Origin: the human T2T-CHM13v2.0 reference genome, Homo sapiens
NCBI RefSeq assembly: GCF_009914755.1
Contig: NC_060938.1
Length of the DNA stretch: 64,000 bases
Strand: one strand, 5' to 3'
In this document: positions 49,630-64,000 of the stretch, one piece after another
How the letters are laid out: each line of letters opens with the position of its first letter
Position numbering within the stretch: the first letter of the stretch is position 1
The notes under the pieces: model-generated
Seen by the model: only the letters and a program-made list of their open reading frames with translations
What the model was told of the DNA's origin: nothing
The model's database searches: none
Translations under genes and position numbers: made by a program

Positions 49630-50915
49630 TTGGAGCAAGATGGCAGAATAAGAGGCTCTCTCCCCCTTTTCTCCCCATGGACACACTGATTCAACAATAA
49701 TACGTGAACCAGTTTCCTTGGTGAGAAATTAAGAAACCAGCTGAGTGGCTCCAGTACTCCAGAAAAGAATGAAACTAGTTAGATCGAAGTTTTAGTAAAA
49801 TTTGATGATCCTTCTTACTGTAATCCCACTGGCACAATGAAATCCAGAGGAAATCCCAAGGTCTCAGCTTCTTCCCGGAGAGAAAATGAAAGAGCTAGAT
49901 TGTATATCCAACATTGTCTTCTTTGGCGGCTGCATGAGGGACTGATTTCTGTTTTTCCTGAATCTGAACACTGACAGGAAAGGACCCATATTGGGAACTG
50001 CTGAGAACAAAGACAGCAGTTGGACTAAAACACAGGCACTCATTATAGCCCAGAGGTGTGAAATCTTTTGGCTTCCTTGGGCCACACTGAAAGAAGAACT
50101 GTCTTGGGCCACATATAAAATACACTAACACTAACAATATCAGATGAGCTAAAAAAAAAAAAGTGACAAAAGATTCTTGTAATGTTTTAAGAAAGTTTAC
50201 AAATTTGTGTTGGGCTGCATTCAGAGTTGTCTTGGGCAACATATGGCCCATGGGCCATGGGTTGGACAACCTTGCCATAGCTCCTATCCTGGCTCAGTAC
50301 AGAGAAAGCACATGAAACCCCCCAAACTTAGCCTCTCCCTGGAGAGGAAAAGAGTTAAAGTATGAGTCCAATATTCCAACTTTTCAAGAGGTTGCCCAAG
50401 AAACTGACATCTGTCTGCTTCTCACAGAGAACTGATAGTACCTGGCAAATTTAGATGCCCGAGGGCCTCTGAGAACAAAGGTGGAGACTTATTCAAGTAC
50501 ATGTTCACATGCCAACGTCCAGCTCAATGTAGCATGCTTGGAAAGTCTTTCAGCCCCTGGCTTATTGCAGGGGAGGGAAATAAACAATTGGAACATCTGT
50601 CCAGTGTTTAGACTTTTAAGGTGACTGCCCAGAGGACTGGTTTTATTTTCACCTGTATTGGAATGTGGACAAGACCTGGCATAATCTAGATGCCTAGAGG
50701 CTACTAATAATGAAATAAGAGAGCCTAGGGATTGCTTCAGCTCCAGAAGCCACAGTACAGCAGAGGCACACCAGAGGGAGGGAGCCATTACAAACTTCTG
50801 AAAAAAGAAACAGGACAATCTCTCTAATGGAGAATTTACATGAACAAGTCCAGAGAAGATGCATACACAGTTTTAGAGGCCCCCAGAACATCTGATAGTT
50901 TAGGATCTCTTCCCT
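49630..50915 (+). mobile_element. L1M 5' UTR fragment
   Basis: GGAGCAAGATGGCAGAATAAGAGG start typical of L1MA/MB 5' ends, with internally repeated monomers. Confidence 0.65.
50050..50275. mobile_element. MER30 (hAT-Charlie) DNA transposon
   Basis: AATCTTTTGGCTTCCTTGGGCCACAC..AAGAAGAA..GTCTTGGGCCACA...GGGTTGGACAACCTTG. Confidence 0.85.
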
Positions 50916-50917
50916 TC

Positions 50918-53900
50918 GAGGTTTTCACTAAAATTTAAGGTTACTAAAGATAAGAATTCTAGTTAAGACATAATTCTGTATATGAAATGTGCCAGAAAGA
51001 TGTGTTTTATTGAGAAAAAGAATAATTTTTTCTAATTCAGAAGTTATCTAAAGATTAATTCACATTACAGACTTGAAAAGGTTATTTATTAAAACAGTAG
51101 GAAAGAGGAGAGAGAGGTGAAGAAAGTTATGGATATGAAGATGTATTTTTGGCATGGAAGGTTGTAAAGAAAAAAAAATTAGGACAAAACAAAAAGTCCA
51201 AGAATGTTATAGATAGTTTGTATAAGTCATATGTAGTTTTTCTTCTGTTTCTCTGTATGTGTATCTCTGTGCACTTTCAGAGAAAATAAAAGTTGAAAAA
51301 GTTTAGATAGTAAAATATTATTTAAAACCTGATAGAAAATTGGAGAAGTGTCTAATTAACCCTGCTTATAGCTAAAGCTCTTAGTCTTGATGAAGGTAAA
51401 TTAAGAAATACTGTAATAAAATACATTGGCAGTTTGGAGATTCTTTTTAAACATAGTTAGGCATGAAGCCAGATTGAACATGGAGCCAAATTTCACATAA
51501 ATGTCTGCATTGCATTGTTTAATATTATTCTTGATTGTCTGCATAGGTAAAATCATTTGAGTTTTATTTACATGTACATATATATGAAACCATTGATTTT
51601 TTTAGGTTCTAATGGAAGGCTTTTATTTGATTCTATTTATGAATAGCCATTTTGTTCGCTTTGCGTTTTCAGCAACTTCTCAGTGGTTCTATGTATCTAA
51701 AATGCCTAAGCTACCTTTGTCAGCCTGCAAAAAATTGATAGACGACACCAGCCACTTAAAATTTGATTGATTTTGTTTACTTCTGGTGATCTAGAGGGTA
51801 TGAGCTTTAAGGTTCCCAGCAAAATGTAAAATAAAAATAAAAGACTTTTGTTTACAAGTTCTAAGCCAAAATAGTACATTATTTTGTTATTTGTTAGGTG
51901 AGAATAAAAATGTTTAAATCATGTTTATTTCCAAGATAATTCAATTTAATCAATAATTTGAGTTGTTTTTGAATCTTTTCCTTTAAGTAATGAAGAAAAT
52001 CTGTGATATAAGTACACAGTGTTAGTGTTCTGCAAAGATTGGCCTTGTCTGTAAGGAAATTATGTTCATTGGGATTTCTCTCAAACTGATTTTGTTGTCT
52101 TTGCTAATATTGAAATGTAGTGATGTTCACTTGGATTAAGTAGTAATAAACATATGTGAGACTTTTAGTGATTTTTTTATCCCAAGACATTTATCACTGA
52201 TGTGGCTTCATGTATGTACTTGAAAACAAAATATATGCAAGTGTTGCACTGGTTTGAAGATTTTAATGGTGGAAATTGCCTAATCAGTTGTCAGTACTGT
52301 ATCTGGAAACTAATCTTGGTAATGTGTGATGATGCTCTTTCAAAATAGCTGAAAAGAAATTACCGTGTGCTTGTTCTTACTTCATCCCCATTTTGTTGTA
52401 TGGTATTTAAATGAAAGATTATTTGTCTTCCTATTGAATTTCCAAAGCTGATATTTGCATTTGCCATTTTTTAATGATGGATAGAAACATTAGTTGTCTT
52501 ACTTTGCTAAGTTTGGCGTAGGACCTATCATATTTTTTATGTTTTTTGTCACAGTCCTGTTACTAGAATGCTAGCAATTAAACATATGCAATGAGTAACC
52601 TAATTGCTTTCATACAGTGATTTGAAGTGCTGCAGGCAGTAACTCCTGCACTCCAAATTACAATGTTTTAACTTGTAACATGTTAGAGGGAATTATAGGA
52701 CTTTCTATAATATAAATATCCTATTAACTAATTCTTGTGCTGTTAAGTTACAGGCTTTGACTTCCGGGTCAGAAAAAGTCACCTACTTCAGATAAATCTT
52801 GAGCATTGACACAAGTCAAAGTCTTGTCTTCAAACCTGTGAGAAAGTGACAATAAAAATGAACTGCTCTTGTGAGACACAGGGCCAGAAATTACAACCAT
52901 TCAATCCATCTAGGCTCAGGGACTATCACAGAAGAGGTGGGCATGTAAAATTGTAAGGGTCAATTTTGAGGGGTAAAATTAGATCAGAGCTTTTCTATAA
53001 AGTAAATATTAATATCAAAAGCACACTGATGCAAAGCCAGTGTTGGAGCCCATATGTCAGAATAACAGGGTTTTCTTGAAGCACTGATCTACTCTTTAAT
53101 AGCAAGTTGTAAAAGTTTATAAAAGGTTTATGGAAATCTTACCTTATGGTCAAACTGATTAAAATTAGATAAGTTGTTTATAAGATTTTATTAAAATTAG
53201 CTTTAACATTAATAATACACTATACAAAGGTACAATTTGGTTTTCTTTTCTGAAAAAAATTTTTATGTAAGGGATAATAAGAGATTTTTGTTTACCTTAT
53301 GAGTAAAATTCAGGGGAGAAAAGAGGATGGGGGAGAAAAAGATTTATTTGGCCTCATGCTATCTTTATTAGATCTTATTGTTTGGGAAATTGAGTCTACT
53401 CACTATCAAAGGGTAAATGTCTTCATATTATCATCTTGGCTAAATGAATGACTATTTTAGAATAACTTGTGATTCTATTTTGTGATATCAAGTATCTTAA
53501 AACTTTAATATTTGACATATTTTCCAGCAGCAAAATATTAGTTTTAAATTCAGTCTTTTTGACCTCAAAGTAACTGTTTTTGGATATTGGGTCCCCTGAA
53601 GTCCGAGTGAAACATATTAGGCTATTTGGTATGTAAAAATTATACAGGAAGCATTGTCAAATGTGAGGTGCTATTTAGCTTCATTTGAGTTATATTTATA
53701 TAGATGTGTTATTAATATATGTTCCAGGATTATGTAACATTCCTGAAATTCTGATGTGTCTTAATTTATATTGTCAGTAATGATTACAATTATTATTTTA
53801 AATTGTTGTATGCCAACAGAAATAACAAAATTTCCTTGTTAACTGTGTCTTTACTTATGGCTGCCTTAAGACTTTTGTCATCCACAATTGTTTTGTGTTG

Positions 53901-54794
53901 ATTCTTCCCAAAAGTGACTTATAATCAATTACAGTCCAGAGCTTGCTTCTTTGGGGGAGCTCATGGAAAGGACTCTTGGATGCAAGTTTCTCCTAACTTT
54001 GGAAATTGTGCCACTGGATTAGAGAGAAAACTTCCAGGACCCTAATTAAAAGACTAATGTGTTCACAAAGACTACTAAACCAATATGAAGCAGAGCAGGA
54101 GTTTGTTGAATAGACTGAACTAATGGAGAACTGAAATAATTTTTATGGCTTTTTAAATTTGAAATATCAGTGATTATTTTTGTTTTGCTTTTCAGGGTCT
54201 GGAGAACTTTTTTTGAGCTATTTATAGCTTTTAAATACACTTTAGGTATACTGAGTAGAGTATACAGAATTTGAGGCATATTTATCTCTCTTTGCCTAAT
54301 TTCCCCAGAATTTGTAAACTATTTGTGATTCTTAATTTATGGCAATGTGTTTGTTTGCATACATTTAATAAGAATCTGTTTCCTTTTATAATGGGACACA
54401 GTTGAAAGAACTGATTATTTTCCCATGGTTTTGACTGAAGTGACCTTGTGAGAGGTTCCAGCAAAGCCAATTTAGAAGAGCCTTTGTGGACAATGATTCT
54501 TGCTGCACTTTGTGTGGGTAATCAGTCCAAGTATATGAGACTGAAGATTATTTGGTAAGTAAGTTAGTCCTGCTGTGATTAGTCTTTGGTAGAAGTGGAG
54601 GACTAGAGAGAGAAAGATTGTTTTTCAGAAGAAAACTACAGTATTAGATTAACCTTTGATTCCTGGGTGGTCACGTGGTCATCCATGGTATGCAGCTGCA
54701 AAGGACACCCCCTTCTCAGCATAAAGCAGCCAGAAAAATCAACAACCAGATTCCCCTTAGTCATCTAAGGAATCAATCAATACAAAGAGGGGAC
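50918..54794 (+). mobile_element. ERV1 MER4-group internal sequence (non-coding, AT-rich 3' part)
   Basis: MER4-int-like text (GAGGTTTTCACTAAAATTTAAGG..., GGAAATCTTACCTTATGGTCAAACTGATTAAAATTAG) ending in the polypurine tract AAAGAGGGGA. Confidence 0.75.
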
Positions 54795-56118
<1,324 letters not shown>

Positions 56119-56899
56119 TTAAAAGCAAAGTAAAAAGTTGGTGTTGGCAAGTCAGGTTTGGTCCATGGAGCCTTATTTGCTAATCTTTTGTCTAGATTAT
56201 CCTGACTGATACAGTCTCATAATGAAGTCATGGGAAATACATGAATGTGAATTTCAAATCATGTATTTTGATTGATTCTCCTGATGTTTTAGTCCTGAAA
56301 TTAAACTAACACTTGCAAAGCAGTTTTGACACTCTGTGATTTTCATTTTCCATGTAGTTTCTAAATAATATTAGGACTGTGTTTACATTTAAAAATAAAT
56401 TTCTACACCTTTGAATTAAAAAAACAAACAAACAAACTATTCACCTGCAAATCCTGCTAACTATCACTAAAAAGGAAGGATAATTTGTGAGGTTAGCAGA
56501 GACCAGAGGACAGAGTCAAGAGCCACAAAGAATTACTCCAGGTGGTGGAACATATGGAGCTTGCTGGGCTTGATTTTGAAACTATTTTAGAACGCTTACT
56601 ATATTCCATTTCCTCCCTGTTTGAACCATAATGTCTGTAACTGTTATGCTATGCCTGTCCCTCCATTGTGGTTGGGTAGAGAAAATGTCTTTTTAATGTC
56701 ACTTATTCATAGATGGAGAGGAATTGTTCCCAGGTGCTATACCTAATGGATTACTTAACAGATTCAGATGATGTGATTTGGGGGGACTACTGAGCTGACT
56801 GGATTTGAGATTGTAGACTTTGACTTGATGCTGTAATGGACACTAGAAGGTCACTGCAAGATCAGAGCAGGAGGAAAGAACTTTCCTTTTCCCTATACA

Positions 56900-59800
56900 C
56901 TTTGTCCCACATAAAAGTTAGTGGATTGTTATGTAGGGAGCCTACTATTATTCATCACAGCATCAACTTTCATAGGCTACGAGCCCTTGCCTTCTAGCAA
57001 GTTTCTCTAGCAGCTTTTCGACTCCATTGTGCCCAGAACCCTTCAAAATTTGTTGCCATTGTTCACCAGACAAAGCGGGAGGTAATGGTAGTTAGGGGAA
57101 AGCTGAAGTCTTAGCCCCATTTTGTCACAATGGGCTCCTAGTTGGTCTACAGATCAATTCCATAGCTATTTTTCCAGTTTCTGAATATATATTAGAAAAG
57201 ACGCACTTGGTAAATGGCAAAATCCATGCTAGCTTTGTGGCCCATGCATAAAGGCCACAATAGTAACAAGGTCTAAATGAAAGCCACTGGGCCTTTTTCT
57301 CCCTATTCAGATATTAAACAAGAAACAATGCCTGAAGGCTTTGAAAATGTTTGTACTGTCATCATAAAGACTTGTAAAAATGCAGGGTGGTGATACTTAT
57401 CACATCTTCACTTAACTTGACTATTTGACCTACACAAAAGTTGGATAGATCTTAGAGAATGACTTTGATGACTCTGTTTGCAGCCAATAATCCAGATATA
57501 ATATTTTTAGTAGAAAAATCAATATAGTACTTAAAACTTGGTTTTCAGATATTGACCTAACCAGTCCTTTTTTCTCCATGCAAAAATTGCAAGGACTATC
57601 AGAAGTTGGTCTCATCTAGTAAGATCAATGGTACATTCTCACAGCCATACCTCAGGGTTACGTCTCTTCCCCTCCTTTGTGCATAATACAGTCTTCAGAG
57701 GTATTGATCACCAGATTCCACAAAATATCACATTGTTTCTACAAATTGATGTTATTGTTCATATTGGATTGGATGAGCTGGAAGTAGTAAATTCTTTAGA
57801 TATCTTAGTAATACATAGATGAGCCAGAGAGACAGAGATAAACCCCACAAAATTTCAGGGGCTTCTCACGTCAGTATAGTTTCTGTAAGTCAAATGGTCT
57901 GGGGCACAAGATATATTCTTCAAGTTGAAACACAGGTTACTTTACTTCACATTGCCTAACTACCCCCTGCCCCCACCCCCCACCCCACCAACACACGTAC
58001 ACAAGGCAGTGTTTGGTGGGGTTGCTGTTGTTGTTTTTAATTTGGAAGAAATGTGTGCCACGTTTCTGTGTTTCTGTACCAAATTACCTGTAAGTTTGGT
58101 CTCCCAGGGGAAAAGAAGGCTCTGTTGCAATCTACCCTTCAGTACAATCCGACTTTTCTGTTGGGCCTATAATCATGGCAATCCAGTGATACTCTAATCA
58201 CCTGTGGCAAATAGGAATACTGTATGGAGAACCTGGCAAAAACCTATTGGAGAACTGCAGTACAAAGGATTAAAAATTCCTTAAGGATTTTGGAGGAAAC
58301 CCATGCCCTCTTTGGCAGATAACTATTTTCCTCTTGAGAAAGAGCTTCTGGCTTGCTACTTAGCATTGGTAAAGACTCAGTGCTAAGTGTGGAATATCAG
58401 GTACCATGAGGTCTGATCTTTTAATCATGAACTAGTCATTTTCTGATCTACCAGACTAAAGGATGGGCATGAGCAAAAGCAATAATCATCAAATGGACAT
58501 AGTATATTAGAAACTGGGCTCAGGCAGGTCCCAGAGGTACTAATACGTTGCATGAACAGGTGGTTCACACTTACTTGGAACTAACTCTTGCAGCATCGCT
58601 TCCTCTCTTTCAAACCGCACTTCTGGCCTCATGAGGAGTTACTTATGATCCATGGACTGAGGGGTTAAAAGCAAGAAAACAATATTTTTTGGATGGTTCT
58701 GGATGATATGCTTATGGCACCTAAAAGTGACCAGCAGCAGACTTTCAGTCCCACAAAGATGACCCTGGAGGGCAGCAGTGAAGTGTGACCTCCCGTTAGG
58801 CAGAACTTCAAGCAATTTATTTTGCTGTCTGCTTTGGATGGAATGGGAGATATCTAGACTTAAGGACTACAATGATTGATATATAGCTGTTAGTAGTTTG
58901 ACTGGATGATTAGGGATGTGAAAGGAGTGACAAATTGGTTAGAAGAAATTCTTGGGAAGACATGTGGACAGATATCTCGAGTAGGAACATATTGTGAAGA
59001 TATTTTTGCTTTTTGTGAATGCCTACCAAAAGGCATGCACTTTGGAAGATACCTTAAATTACAAAGTAGGCAAATAACTCCATGGTTACCAGTACTCCTC
59101 CCTAGCTTCCTTCCCTAGCCATCCCAGTACTCACTCAATGGGCCCGTGAACAAAGAGATCATAGCAGTAGGGATGAAATATGGACTTCAATAAGAGGGCT
59201 TCCTTTTCACCAAAGCTGACATGAATAATGCCACCGCTGAGTGCCTAATCTCCTGGTAACATAGACCAACAATGAGTTCTCTATATAGCACCTTTCCTCA
59301 TGTGGACCAGCATGCCATTTGGAAGCAGATATATTACATTTTTACATGAGGGAGGAGATAGAAATTTAACTTCACCATGATTAAAAATATTTTCTGGATA
59401 TGGCTTTGCCCTCAGTGCTCGTTATGTTTCTCCTAGCACCACTATCTGCAGTCTCATAATACGTTAATCAATGTTATGAGATTTTCAGGGCATTGATTCT
59501 AATCAAGGCACTAGTTTCTCAACATAAACTACAATGGTCTTACAGAGTTCATCAGCCTTGTTACATACTCTCTCACTCAAGTAGTTGGCCAAATACAAAG
59601 GTAGAATGCTTTACTGAAGAGTCATTGATAGTAATAATGTGTGACACTATTCTGAAAAAATGTGGTCTCATAGGATGAAGTATATAATTTAGGTCAGAGA
59701 CAATATTACATATTTCTGTTTCGCCTAACACCAGAAACATAGGCTGGAATATCAAAGCTAGGGATTGGTGTCTCTCATGATTTTACCTAATTATGCAGAC

Positions 59801-60330
59801 ACAGAATGTTTGTTTCCCACCCTGGAAACCTTGAGGTCTTAATTCCCAAAAAGGGAATGCTTTCACCAGGGAACACAATAATGCTTTCAATTCCCTTTGA
59901 AGCATAGAGTGTTGCCTGCATATTTTGGGGGTTTTTCATGCTGCTGAGTGTGTAAACAAATAAAGGTGTCACTCCACTAGGTGCAGTGATTGATCCTAAT
60001 AATTCAAGGGACATGAATTTGTTGCTGCACAATAGGCCAATGAGGATTATGTCTGGAACCCAGGGGATTCTTGCAGGTGCCTTTAAGTACTTCCATGACC
60101 AATGTTAAGTGCTAATAGAAAATGACAACAATAAAATCAAAAAGCCAAAATCATTAAGGATTCAAACCTTTCAGAAATGGTTGTTCACCCACTAGATAAA
60201 ACACCACAACCAGCTGAGTTTGGAAAGGAAATCTAACTTAATATGTGTAATAAGATTAAGATAAGCAAGTCATAGATACCTCTTCACGAGCAATAACAAA
60301 AATAAGGACTGCTTTAGATTTGCAGATTGT
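56900..60330 (+). mobile_element. Second degraded ERVL pro-pol region
   Basis: ORF 57628..57822 (..HNTVFRGIDHQIPQNITLFLQIDVIVHIGLDELEVVNSLD..) resembles the ERVL RT YIDD region. RNaseH/integrase-like relics follow. Confidence 0.75.
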
Positions 60331-60369
60331 CTCCTTGCCTGAAATGCACATAACCAATGTGAAATAAGG

Positions 60370-60520
60370 CTCGAAACCAGCCTGGCCAACATGGCGAAAT
60401 CCCATCTCTACTAAAAGTACAAAAATTAGCCAAGCATGGTGGCAGGCTCCCAGCTACTTGGGAGGCTGAGGCAGGAGAATTGCTTGAATCCAGGAGGCAA
60501 AGGTTGCAGTGAGCTGAGAT
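60370..60520 (+). mobile_element. Internal Alu fragment truncated at both ends
   Basis: CCAGCCTGGCCAACATGG...GCAGTGAGCTGAGATT with no head and no A tail. Confidence 0.85.
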
Positions 60521-60624
60521 TAACCACTTTTTACTAATTAACAGATTTTATATTACATTTTCCCTGTTCAAATTGATGTTGTGGTTTCTATCTCTTGTTG
60601 GATGCTAACTGATATGTCACTTCT

Positions 60625-61020
60625 ATGTATCTATTGCTGTATAGCAAAATACCCACAAACTACATAGCTTTACTCAGCAATGTATTAGTATTCCATGGTT
60701 TGACAGCATCAGTGGATGATTCCCTCTTGGAATGTCACTTTATCCCACGTGGCTACAGTCATGTGAAGGCTTTACTGTGCCGAATGTCCAAGATGGCTCC
60801 CTCACAGGGGTAGTATTTGATGCTGGGAGTGCATCTAGGGCTCTCAACTATAGTATCTACATATGACCTTCTGGGCTTCCAGTATGGAAGGTGTGTTCCC
60901 AGAGGTATCATCTTAAAAGCAAACTTTCAAAAGGAAAATGAGAGATCTCAAAGCAGTCAAGAGCTATGCCTAAAGACAGTGTCGCTTCTGCCATATTTTT
61001 ACTTTTGTCCAGCCAAATAA
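60625..61020 (-). mobile_element. Old MLT1 MaLR LTR
   Basis: TCTATTGCTGTATAGCAAAATACCC start and TCCAAGATGGCTCCCTCACA motif. Confidence 0.55.
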
Positions 61021-63489
61021 GTATTCCAAGATGCTCTTGCTTTCCTCGGATTCTGCTGCATCACTTTAGGTACCAAGTTATCAGTTGGGTTTCTTATGTG
61101 CAACCATCATAATCTGACTTTGGCAACTTAATAACAATAAAAAATAACTTTATTGGAAGGATGTCAAGGATCTCACATAAATACCAGAATAGAAGAAGCC
61201 TAAGGTCTTAAAATTGATAAGAATAAAGAGCCAAAATTCTTTCCTAACAGAATTACTACTTTCATTGGTAAAAACACCATTCCACAGTTCATCTTGCCAA
61301 AAATAAAAGCACTGGGCACCAAATGCTATTGTCTTTAAAACCTTACACTTACTGTCTCTGCTATAAAGAATTCTTTATGATGCCCAAGTCTTTGTGTATT
61401 AGCTCAAGACTCACACACCGAGGAGCTTCATAAGCTTGGCCAAATCTAGACTAACATTCTGGAATCCTATCTGTCAGAAGAAATTGGTAAGTTAGAATCT
61501 TATGCTTTCGGCTTTTATAATTGTGGTAGAAATTTGCTTCCAGTCAAGACTTATACAATGGAGAAGTCTCCAAACATAGGAAAAGGCACAGATACTAGGC
61601 AGGCCCCCAAATACAAAAATATCTGTTATGCATATAATATATTTATTTTCAAAAAGCTTTATAGAAATATTGAGTGAGTTTTATTTAAGTCTCTAAGATA
61701 TAGCCTTAGTCAAATAACAAAGTGTGAAAAAATCTTTAGACACACGTATTAATAGGGGTGCAGCTTAATTACTGCATGATATGGTTCCTGTACACCTGTT
61801 TTGATTACCAAATAGGGTAATTAAATAAACAATTAATTGAGTAATATCACTGTGAATGATTTAGAGTGATATGTATTAACACATTTGTTTTCAGGGATAT
61901 CAATGTGTAACAGTGTAATTTTTAAGGTGGGAGGCAATATAAAACGCTGGCTTGTACTGGTCATACTTTTGATATCCATAACAACTTATTTACCTGATGT
62001 TACCAATATAAAATATATTTTATTATATGAGTATTAGAAATAATCAAGAGGTTTTATGGTATTAGAGAAAATAATAATCAGCAATGATAATGTGTTCCAT
62101 TAGTACATTGAGAGTATTTCTGATGAAGCATGGTTTTAAACTTAGATTCCATTATTTGCAACTTAAGATTTAGAGACTAAGAAAAAAAGCCTTGGAGGAA
62201 ACAGCTACTTCTTTAAATCTTAGGAAAATATTGACTTGCTGGGGGAAGGTTAAAAGCACTAACTGATGTATACATATCTCCACTGTACATGGCTTTAGAG
62301 GAGTGGCTAGAGGGAAAGAAAGGGTCTCTGTTGAGCAGGAGACAACAGCACCATACACTACATAAACCTGTCTACAAATAACAACTTATACTATAACATG
62401 GCTATAGAACAAGGTTACCTATAGATAAAACACAACAATATCAGTTAGTTATTAGGGACCCAGGTAAAAATCTGAAATTAAATATTCTTTGAACAGTTAA
62501 TAGGGAATTTACGATTCATGCAATTTCATTCCATCTACCCATCAATACATTTATTCATTTTTTCATTAATTTACTAAACAGTTATTTAAGGCTTTATATT
62601 TGGCAGCAAAGGAAATACTGATGAAGCAAAATTTCATTTTTTTCATGTATATTTGGTCAAATAGGGATGAAGATAAAAATTTAATTAATGACTGTATCAA
62701 TAAAGTCACAAACCCAGAAGTAATCAAGGATTACACCTAGAGTATTTTGTGGAGAATTTACTGATTGGTGTAGTGGTCCATGGACTGTTATGATTTGTAA
62801 AATGTTTATTACTGACTTACAATGATGTAAATACAGAAATTGATAGTATATATTTAGAAAACTACATACTATTTTGACAGAGTAATTTGATACCTGTTGA
62901 ATCAATAATATAGGCTTATGTTTTATATACTTTTTCATTTTTTTTCTAGTATCTTATTTTTGTCTTATTTTACAAAACTATCAGTCCACAAGGATTTGAG
63001 GAAAAATAAAAACCCATCCCTTATTGAACATGATTGGAGAGACCCTGCCCTTGAGAGTAAGCCAATTACTTTGTTATCTTATCCATCTCATAAACCCAGG
63101 GCCAGTTTTTATAGGCCAATTGTAAATATTCAGTTAACTCTGTTTGAAATGAGTTGACATTACTTTCATTAAGTTCAAAATTCTTATTTCCCAAATCATA
63201 ACAGATAAAAATAGAGAACTGGAAAAAATAAGCAAAGATAGAATATGAAAATAAGGACGATGACTCAAAATTCTTAAAATCAAAAGAAAACATGGATGAA
63301 GGGCCAAAATCCCTGCACTACTCCAGTGTTCTTAAAAGCATATACTTCACAGGAGAGTAACTGATCTTCAAAATTAGGAACCTGCATCAGGAAGAAAATA
63401 CTCTAAGTATATATTATTTATAATGATAAACAATGCAATACTTTTTTTAGAAAAATCCAAAATTTAAAAAAATGTAAAAAAATTAAAAA

Positions 63490-63840
63490 AAGTCACACAA
63501 TGAACTATATAAAAGTTGTAAGAATGAAGTAATTACTACTACTAATAATATGGGTGAATCTCATAAGCATGCACAAAATAACCCAGAAACAAAAAGGTAC
63601 ATAATAAATGATTCTATTTATATAAAGTACAAAACAGGCAAAGCTAATCTGAGCTGTTAAAAGTCAAATAATGCTTTTCCTTTTGATAAAAATTAATTTG
63701 GAGGAGGAATGAAGGGTGTTTTGTAGGTGTAATACTTGTTCTTTTGTTTTTGGTACTGGTTAGAGAAATCTGATAATTTTGTGAAAATTCACTGGCCTAT
63801 ACATTTGTGATTTATTATACTTTTGAATAAACTTGAAAAC
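63490..63840 (+). mobile_element. L1ME/MC 3' UTR fragment
   Basis: ATGGGTGAATCTCATAA...ATGATTCTATTTATATAAAGTACAAAACAGGCAAAGCTAATCT. Confidence 0.65.
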
Positions 63841-64000
63841 AATCTTTTTTGTGTGTTTTGAAAGAATGAATATTCAGCTTTCTATAAAATTCTAACTTGA
63901 ATGATTATTTTCCTAAATATCTGGATAAATCAAGATTTTTATTGTTTTTGAGTTTATGTCTTGCTATAGAGCTTCTCCTTAAATTCAGTTGTTGATTACT

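Overview
Primate (human-like) genomic DNA containing the 5' end of MDGA2, a neuronal GPI-anchored Ig/MAM-domain synapse regulator, on the minus strand. The signal-peptide exon (MDLLYGLVWLLTVLLEGISGQGVY, then a phase-1 GTGAGT donor at 23375) lies in a ~2.4 kb CpG island (~22900-25320). Bases 1-23375 are the start of intron 1. They hold an L2, a degraded ERVL provirus with nested MLT1 LTRs and an LTR16-type LTR, an Alu, and an intact solo LTR12C with a 4-bp TSD that faces the promoter in antisense. Bases ~25300-64000 are repeat-dense upstream DNA: Alus, L1s, MaLRs, MER30, a MER4-group ERV1 and a second ERVL pol relic. No other protein-coding gene is supported. The most interesting observations are: a complex MDGA2 translation-start architecture (weak upstream in-frame AUG, a 5-codon uORF ending 2 nt before the main AUG, a strong-context 39-codon uORF, four GTGAGT motifs in a UG-rich leader); RFX, TAAATCAA and non-canonical RE1-like motif clusters; a fold-back AT-rich palindrome; a small polyadenylated insert inside an MLT1 LTR; and tail-less L1/Alu fragments resembling DNA-repair captures. 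I see no convincing wholly new biological system. Gene and repeat-subfamily names come from recalled sequences and should be confirmed by BLAST/RepeatMasker.
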